From NCBI RefSeq assembly GCF_006345805.1, contig NW_021825560.1, positions 1 through 15,434 of the forward strand: a DNA stretch of 15,434 nucleotides, read 5' to 3'. The position numbers and the translations under genes are program-made. Shown piece by piece: positions 8,505-15,434 of this stretch. This stretch comes from Octopus sinensis (taxonomy: Eukaryota). The stretch's first letter is position 1, and each line of letters opens with the position of its first letter. The notes under the pieces were generated by a model that saw only the letters and a list, made by a program, of their open reading frames with translations, did not search any database and was not told the origin of the DNA.

Positions 8505-8680
8505 CATTTATATAACGGGAAGGTTTACGAAAATAAACAAAAGACGAAGGCAGGTGGAGTACAAACAAACAAATGTATTTGTATGGCGCTCAGGAATAGA
8601 AATATAACAAGTCTTTTACGTTTCGAGCCTACGCTCTTCGACAGAAAGATACACAGAAAAAAAAAAGGAAGAAAAAAAAA
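8505..8680 (-). mobile_element. Probable Penelope-like element terminal-repeat remnant
   Basis: Contains a minimal hammerhead of the type known from Penelope-like elements. Boundaries are approximate. Confidence 0.55.
8612..8649 (-). ncRNA. Minimal type-I hammerhead ribozyme, one core substitution
   Basis: RNA reads UCUUU-CUGUCGA-A-GAGC-GUAG-GCUC-GAAAC-GUA-AAAGA: stem I UCUUU/AAAGA, stem II GAGC/GCUC, palindromic ACGU stem III, NUH triplet GUA. Confidence 0.8.
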
Positions 8681-8692
8681 TGCGTGTAGGAG

Positions 8693-8764
<72 letters not shown>
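8693..8764. repeat. (ATCT)18 microsatellite
   Basis: Direct reading. Confidence 0.97.
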
Positions 8765-8766
<2 letters not shown>

Positions 8767-8799
8767 GTATTTAGTATATGTTCGTATGTTGTCTTATTT

Positions 8800-8919
8800 T
8801 TTTTATTGTTTCAGTCATTTGACTGCGGCCATGCTGAAGCACCGCTTTTAGTCCAAAAAATCGACCCCATGACGTATTCTTTGTAAGCCTAGTACTTATT
8901 TTCCCGGTCTGTTTTGCCG
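8800..8919 (-). mobile_element. SINE family A, 3' fragment
   Basis: gtttcagtcatttgactgcggccatgctg tail motif and adjacent body. Confidence 0.88.
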
Positions 8920-8928
8920 GGTGGGGCG

Positions 8929-9037
8929 TAGTACGCAACTGGTACTTATTTATCGATCCGAAAGGATGAAGGCAAAGCCGACAACGGCGAAATTTTAACT
9001 CAGAGCATAAAGAAAGACGTTTTTGCCAGCTCGCTTA
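8929..9037 (-). mobile_element. SINE family B, degraded copy
   Basis: tacgcaactggtactta...aaggatgaaggcaaag...gccagctcgc. Confidence 0.8.
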
Positions 9038-9039
9038 AA

Positions 9040-9086
<47 letters not shown>

Positions 9087-9088
9087 AT

Positions 9089-9390
9089 ATCACGTGATCA
9101 CGTGACCGACTGACCATCAGATGTTTTACGCATCGCTGGTCACAATGCGTTCGCACTGTTTTAGCCTTCAAATGACGCCACCCCGCTGGCTAAGCGAGCA
9201 GGCCAACAGAAGAAAGAGAGAAAGAGTGGTGAAAGAGTACAGCAGGGATCACCACCCCCTGCCGGAGTCTCGTGGAGCTTTTAGGTGTTTTTCGCTCAAT
9301 AAACACTCACAACGCCCGGTCTGGGAATCGAAACCGCGATCCTATGACCGCGAGTCCGCTGCCCTAACCACTGGGCCATTGCGCCTACAC
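9089..9390 (-). mobile_element. SINE family C (tail type 1) within (TA)n
   Basis: A-box TGGCCCAGTGG and B-box GGTTTCGATTCC; 5' ~185 bp matches 11017-11209. (TA)n on both sides. Confidence 0.88.
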
Positions 9391-9540
9391 TATATATATA
9401 TATATATAGTCTTTAAGGTTTAAGATTCAAATTAAGGAAGTGCAATAATAATGTTTAGCAGAGCATAACTGTGAGTAGTTAAATGCAGAATTAAATCGGC
9501 CGATCGTGAGAATCAAATATTGATCGCTCGCTAAAATCTG

Positions 9541-9965
9541 CAGGTGATATGGGTTATGTCCCTTAGGTTGTTTAAATAAAATATTAGTAATATGTAGTAG
9601 ATAGAAGGATCCATTTGAAGGGCTTTATTATCGATTTCTTTTCAACAATCTAAGTATGTCAGGAGATTTCCAGACATGAGTTCTACTGACGTGTCAAATA
9701 AAATATAAAAGTGATATTGTCTGCAGAAATTAGAAATAGGACACTTAAAACAATCAATATTCAAAGTAAACGAACATAAACAATGAAACGGGTTATTTCC
9801 CTTAAGATTGTACAGGTGCTATGGGTTATTTCCTTTGGTTGTTTTTAAAAAATTAGTTATATGAGGTAGATATAAAGATCCCTTCCAGGGGCTGTATTAT
9901 CAATTTTTTCAACAATATAAGTATGACACAAGGTTTCCAGACATGAGTTCTACTCACGTGTCAAG
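9541..9965. repeat. Diverged direct duplication (~9541-9700 and ~9813-9965)
   Basis: Collinear similarity, including a 31-nt block with 1 mismatch at 9667-9697 and 9934-9964. Confidence 0.8.
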
Positions 9966-10054
9966 TTTCATCAAAATCAATAAAACGATGTAGTAGGAGT
10001 TAGCTAACAACACCACAAACAAACACACACCGATTTTCCATATATGTTGTAGAT

Positions 10055-10250
10055 ATTTATGTGTGTGTATCTTTGTGTCTGTGTTTGTACCCACACCATC
10101 ACTAGACAACTGATATTGGTGCGTTTATTTCCCTGAAACTTAGCTGGTCGACAAAAGAGACCAATAGAATAAGTGGTAGGCTTCCAAAGATTAAGTCCTG
10201 GGGTTGATTTCTTCAATTAGTCAGTCAAATGACTGAAATCTGTAAAAGAA
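10055..10250 (+). mobile_element. SINE family A, 3' module, diverged
   Basis: tgtgtttgtaccc...aaagagaccaatagaataag...cagtcaaatgactgaaa. Confidence 0.8.
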
Positions 10251-10298
10251 TATATGTATATATATATATATATATGACTGAAACAAGTAAAACTATAT

Positions 10299-10342
<44 letters not shown>

Positions 10343-10345
<3 letters not shown>

Positions 10346-10553
10346 TTACTTGTTTCAGTCATTTGACTGCGGCCATGCTGGAGCAACGCCTTTAGTTGAA
10401 CAAATCGACCCTAGGACTTATTCTTTGTAAGCCTAGTATACTTATTTTATCGGTCTCTTTTGCCGAACCGCTACATTACGGTCACATAAACTCACCAACA
10501 TCAGTTGTCAAGCGATGGTGGTGGGGATAAACGCAGACACACACATACATATA
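10343..10553 (-). mobile_element. SINE family A, 3' module
   Basis: Reverse complement of 11770-11960. Confidence 0.88.
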
Positions 10554-10555
10554 CA

Positions 10556-10889
10556 TTGACCCAATTTGCTAACGTTTCCGATGTCACGTATGTGTCGATG
10601 AATGGTTGAATGACCATATCCAAACTTCTTTGCTAGTTCCTCAACAGTTACGATGGGGCTTTGTTCCACCATGGTTTGCATGACGTCTTTGTCGAACTCT
10701 ACAGATCTTCCAGGATGAGACTCGTCTTCTAGACTGTAGTTTCCGACTCGGAATTTCTGGAGCCACCGTTGACACTAGCTTACATTTATTGTTTGATCCC
10801 CATACACTGCATTGATATTCCTCACACTTGTTGCTTTTATTGAACTCATAAAGCGAAATATGTCGAATATACTCCTTAGTTCCTTCCAT
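10556..10889 (-). pseudogene. Mariner transposase N-terminal fragment
   Basis: MEGTKEYIRHISLYEFNK, frameshift, then GDQTINVS*CQRWLQKFRVGNYSLEDESHPGRS...TVEELAKKFGYGHSTIHRHIRDIGNVSKLGQ. Ends just before the expected WVPH motif. Confidence 0.9.
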
Positions 10890-11016
10890 TATAACTTTGA
10901 AAAAATAACTGTTAAAACCGAACTGCACTCTTCAAAACTTACACTAAGAATAAATAAGGTGATTTTTTGTTGCCCACAAGGGACCGACACAGAGAGGACA
11001 AACATACATGCGGAGA

Positions 11017-11399
11017 GTGGAGGTGCAATGTCCCAGTGGTTAGGGCAGCGGACTCGCGGTCGTAGGATCGCGGTTTCGATTCCCAGACCAGGCATTGTGA
11101 GTGTTTATTGAGCGAAATCACCTAAAGCTTCACAAGGCTCCTGCAGGGGGTGGTGGTGAACCCTGCTATACTCTTTCACCACAACTTTCTCTCACTCTTT
11201 CTTTCTGTTTCTGCTGTACCTGTATTTCAAAAGGGCCAGCCTTGTCACACTCTGTGTCACGCTGAATCTCCTCGAGAACTACGTTAAGGGTACACGTGTC
11301 TGTGGAGTGCTCAGCCACTTGCACGTTAATTCCACGAGCAAGCTGTTCCGTCGATCGTATCAGCTGGGACCCTCATCGTCGTAACCGACGGAGTGCTCC
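11017..11399 (+). mobile_element. SINE family C (tail type 2), full length with 12-bp TSD
   Basis: tacatgcggaga at 11005-11016 and 11400-11411; tRNA-like head with A and B boxes. Confidence 0.92.
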
Positions 11400-11566
11400 T
11401 ACATGCGGAGACAATTAACACATGAAAACTGAATATAATGAATGTTTGCAATGACGGCGAGATGGTCACCCCCCCCCCGGCCCCGCCCCGGGATGATTAC
11501 GTGATTTCAATTATTTCAAACAAAAAGTCTTTAACAGTTCTTTAAAATTAATCTCAACTTACTTAT

Positions 11567-11982
11567 AGGCGCAGGAGTGGCTGTGTGGTAAGTAGCTTGC
11601 TAACCAACCACATGGTTCCGGGTTCAGTCTCACTGCGTGGCATCTTGGGCAAGTGTCTTCTGCTATAGCCCCGGGCCGACCAATGCCTTGTGAGTGGATT
11701 TGGTAGACGGAAACTGAACGAAACCCGTCGTATATATGTATATATATGTATATGTGTGTGTGTGTTTGTGTGTCTGTGTTTGTCCCCCCAATATCGCTTG
11801 ATAACCGATGCTGGTGTGTTTACGTCCCCGTTACTTAGCGGTTCGGCAAAAGAGACCGATAGAATAAGTACTGGGCTTACAAAGAATAAGTCCCGGGGTC
11901 GATTTGCTCGACTAAAGGCGGTGCTCCAGCATGGCCGCAGTCAAATGACTGAAACAAGTAAAAGAGTAAAGAGTAAAAGAGT
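11567..11982 (+). mobile_element. SINE family A, full length
   Basis: A and B boxes, cttgggcaagtg body, internal TA/TG microsatellite, LINE-like stem-loop tail and (GAGTAAA) repeats. Confidence 0.92.
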
Positions 11983-12234
11983 TACCATGTCACTTTTAAT
12001 GTCATCATAATTCACCACTGGGGCACTGGGTTCAATACTCACCTCGGGCCCCAGTGGATTTACATCTGAAGGAAAAGTTTCTTTCAGAGTTCTATATTTT
12101 CCTTCCTCCATCAGAATACATCTTATATCCTTATCATATCCCTCTGAAAGATTCACCCTAATGATCCCTTTCATTTTCGTTATTTTCCTTTCCAGTTTTT
12201 GGGTCGTATGATATGTCAGTAAAAAAATGTTGTT

Positions 12235-12713
12235 TCTTATTTTTTTACTGTCCACAAGGGGCTATACACAGAAGGGACAAAGAAAGACAGACAAACGGAT
12301 TAAGTCGATTACATCGACCCCAGTGCGTAACTGGTACATATTTAATCGACCCTGAAAGGATGAAAGGCAAAGTCGACCTCGGCGGAATTTGAACTCAGAA
12401 CGTAGCGGCAGACGAAATACCTATTTCTTTACTACCCACAAGGGGCTACACGCAGAGGGGACAGACAAGGACAGACAAACGGATTAAGTCGATTACATCG
12501 ACCCCAGTGCGTAACTGGTACTTAATCGACTTCGAAAGGATGAAAGGCAAAGTCGACCTCGTCGGAATTTGAACTTATTTAATCGACTCCTTTCGGGATC
12601 GATGAAATAAGTACCAGTTACGCACTGGGGTCGATATAATCGACTTAATCAGTTTGTCTGTCTTTCTTTGTCCCTTCTGTGTATAGCCCCTTGTGGACAG
12701 TAAAGAAATAAGA
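12235..12713. mobile_element. SINE B2 cluster: two minus copies (12235-12421, 12422-12573) and an inverted plus 3' half (~12574-12713)
   Basis: Direct alignment to the 6164-6395 copy. Confidence 0.9.
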
Positions 12714-12805
12714 AAACACTTGCCCAAGGTGCCATGCAGTGGGACTGAACCCCGATCCATGTGGTTGGTAAGTAAGCTTCTTATCACACAGCCACACCTG
12801 CGCAT
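12714..12805 (-). mobile_element. SINE family A head
   Basis: cacttgcccaaggtgcc...cacagccacacctgcgc. Confidence 0.85.
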
Positions 12806-12889
12806 ACATGGTCACCATTCAAATGCTTTTGATCTTCGATGAGTTTTCGATCTGGGGCTATAGACAGCTAAAACAAATAGTTATTTTGT

Positions 12890-13875
12890 AACCACTGCCA
12901 CCACCAATATCACCACCGCCGCCACCACCATCATAACCACTCAACAACCACTTATGTGATTGGTTGCAAATTTCCGCGAAAAGCTAGGAAGTCAAGTAGT
13001 CTCTCTCTCTCTCTTTCACACACACACACACACACAGTCACACACACACACATGCACAGATGGACGCATACACATATGTAGACACGTACGCATATATAGA
13101 CACGCACACACACACACAGAATCGAGTCAGTCAATCATACGACGACGACGACGACATCGACACCCGAAATAAAAAAAAAAAGTAAAAGTGTAGCTACAAC
13201 AACAACAACAATAAAAACTGCTAACCTCGCCCATCACGTCTTACACTTACATTCACACACACACACATACACACACACACATACACACACATAAAGACAC
13301 GTATCCACCCCATTCACACACACACACATACACACATATAAAATGTTATAATCTTTACCACTACAATGCTACTTCCGCCACCGTCACCGCCGCCGCCGCC
13401 GCTAACGCCATCTACACCGATCGGACCGACCCGGTAACCACTCTCGCCGCCATCACTCACTCACTACAACAGCTTCCGCCACCACCACCACCACCACCAC
13501 CACCGCCACCACCACCACCACTAATGCTTTATAACTCGCCCCCCCTCCATTCCCCGTCGCCGCTATCGCCAACCACCGCCATCAACCCATCAACATCACC
13601 ATCACCATCACCATCACTACTACGACGCTCATCACTACCGCTGTCACCGGCCGCTTCCCCCTCCCTCCCCGTCGCTACCATCGCCATCACCCGCTCCACT
13701 TGCAATTGCCGCTACTATAAGATACTAAAAACAAAAAAACCGGAAAAAAAAACTAAAAAAAGCAAACAAACAGAAAGACAGAAGGGAAAAGCATGAAAAA
13801 ATAACAGCAATAAAAATAAAGAAAGTGAGTGTGGGGGGGGGGAACAAGGAAGCTAATAATAATAATAATGATGAT
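12890..13875. repeat. Compound simple-sequence block: (CT)n, (CA)n, (GAC)n, (AAC)n, (CCA/CCG/CAT)n, A-rich runs
   Basis: Direct reading. Confidence 0.9.
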
Positions 13876-15166
13876 GAACTTTAAGCTGGCTACCAATCAC
13901 AGCAGTCATAGATAAACGGTCTCTGTACGTATACATGTATATATATATATATGTATGTATATATGTATTTATATATATGTATATATAATGAATCTTGTAA
14001 AGGCTGTTTCTATTGGATCAAACTTGGCAAAGTGAAACAGAAGTTTTTACTAAGCAGAAGATAGTTTAATTGTGAATGAATAAGGCGGACTCGGTTAATA
14101 TAATATGGTCCTGAGCAGTTATTTATTATTGCTATTATTATTATTACCAAAATAATGACTTTTATTTCAATTTTTTTTTTCCACGTTTACAAACTGGTGG
14201 ACACGCGATTGAAAAGTTTATAAATTTCTGAAGCAAGAACAAACGGATCGTAACAAATATATATTCTTTTTCTTTTTCATATATATTTTACTCCAGAAGT
14301 TGAAATCTTTTATACACGGTAATTATATATGTATTCGGATATTTTAACAAGTGTACGCGTGCGTGTATGTATATTCATTAACGATACACATGTATAAAAA
14401 ATATACTTTATTCATATAATTATTCATTTTCATGTATTTACTTATATATAACTCACCTTACGATATACAACAGATTCACGCTAACTTCTGCATATATACA
14501 CGCATCTATTACTATAATACAAAGAACCGATAATACCTATTTACTAAGTAACATATATAGCTTACAAAACCAATATAGGTAGAATCAACAAAAAGTACTT
14601 CATTCTTTGAGAGATAAATATCAATTTAATACACAATTTAAAAGAAGCTGCTTGTAGTTTCATGCTTTTCCATACTGTAAATTTGCTGATTTATAAACCA
14701 CCCGATGTATAAATCAAATCTTCACAATACATGCATATTAAAATAATTAAATATATATGTACATTGAATTATTAAAACCATACCATATAGTAACTATAAT
14801 TACATAATTTATATATGAATAATATATATTTAAGATTCTTGTATACATAATTATATGTAATTTAGCAGATAATTAAAACCATCCCCAAATTTCACCTATT
14901 CATACATACTAAACGAAACAAGAATATGGGAATGATAAAAATGCAAAAATGGAAATTGAAGAAGATAATCAAATAGAAAATCGAAATCAGAATTTGAAAT
15001 TCTTCAGAAGAAAGGAACAGAAAAAGGAAAAAAATTTCATTATATCCACATACATTCTTTGTTTCACATAACACTTTATTCACATACATTCTTTGTTTCA
15101 CATAACACTTTTTCCCCCTACGTGTGGAAAATTTTTTTGAACTTATCAATTTTGATATCACATAAA

Positions 15167-15168
<2 letters not shown>

Positions 15169-15227
<59 letters not shown>
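15169..15227. repeat. (TA)n microsatellite
   Basis: Direct reading. Similar tracts at 9043-9090 and 10252-10342. Confidence 0.97.
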
Positions 15228-15228
<1 letters not shown>

Positions 15229-15280
15229 AAGCCATTTTCATATCAGCGATTCAAGGTAAGAAATATTTTTATAAGTTTTT

Positions 15281-15375
15281 TATATTCTTTTCTACTTTAG
15301 GCATAAGGCCCGAAATTTTGGGGGAGGGGCGGCCAGTCGATTAGATCGACCCCAGTACGCAACTAGTACTTAATT
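15281..15375 (-). mobile_element. SINE family B, 3' fragment
   Basis: tattcttttctact...aggcccgaaattttggggg...gtcgattagatcgaccccagtacgcaact, as at 94-180. Confidence 0.88.
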
Positions 15376-15434
15376 TAGTTCTGTATCTAAGAGATGAGGA
15401 ATTATGTACATTATTTACATTATTTACGTTCGAC

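Noticed and set aside
11017-11660. tRNA genes at SINE heads
   Set aside because: A and B boxes are present, but the cloverleaves are degenerate and run directly into repeated SINE bodies.
12217-12250. 12-bp hairpin cagtaaaaaaat/atttttttactg
   Set aside because: It is mostly an A/T run, and one arm is the SINE B2 tail end, so chance is likely.
13524-13796. Pro/Ser-rich then Lys-rich 90-aa ORF
   Set aside because: It is explained by triplet simple repeats and A-runs.
14297-14318. 22-nt micro-exon (ttttactccag...acg|gtaatt)
   Set aside because: The donor is weak, such sites are frequent in AT-rich DNA, and there are no partner exons.
15047-15111. 31-bp direct repeat with 34-bp period
   Set aside because: It is real but an ordinary slippage duplication in AT-rich DNA.

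Overview
Repeat-dense, AT-rich eukaryotic DNA with no host gene I can support. From recall, the SINE families look like octopus (octopod cephalopod) repeats; this is not database-checked. The window holds about 20 copies or fragments of three tRNA-headed SINE families (my labels A, B, C) and many microsatellites. It also holds an internally deleted mariner with perfect 30-bp TIRs and a nested related MITE, two more Tc1/mariner transposase fragments, a restriction-like-endonuclease LINE fragment and a CR1/L2-type LINE 3' end. Main observations: (1) a minimal type-I hammerhead ribozyme on the minus strand at 8612-8649, in a Penelope-like remnant, with one core substitution. (2) SINE A and the CR1/L2-type LINE share a 3' double stem-loop, differing mainly in loops or by compensatory changes, which suggests a LINE-SINE partnership. 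(3) SINE C has two alternative tails, and one copy has a 12-bp TSD. (4) Local fold-back inversions and a mosaic SINE tandem array. (5) A 48-bp x7 minisatellite. No single novel system is proven.
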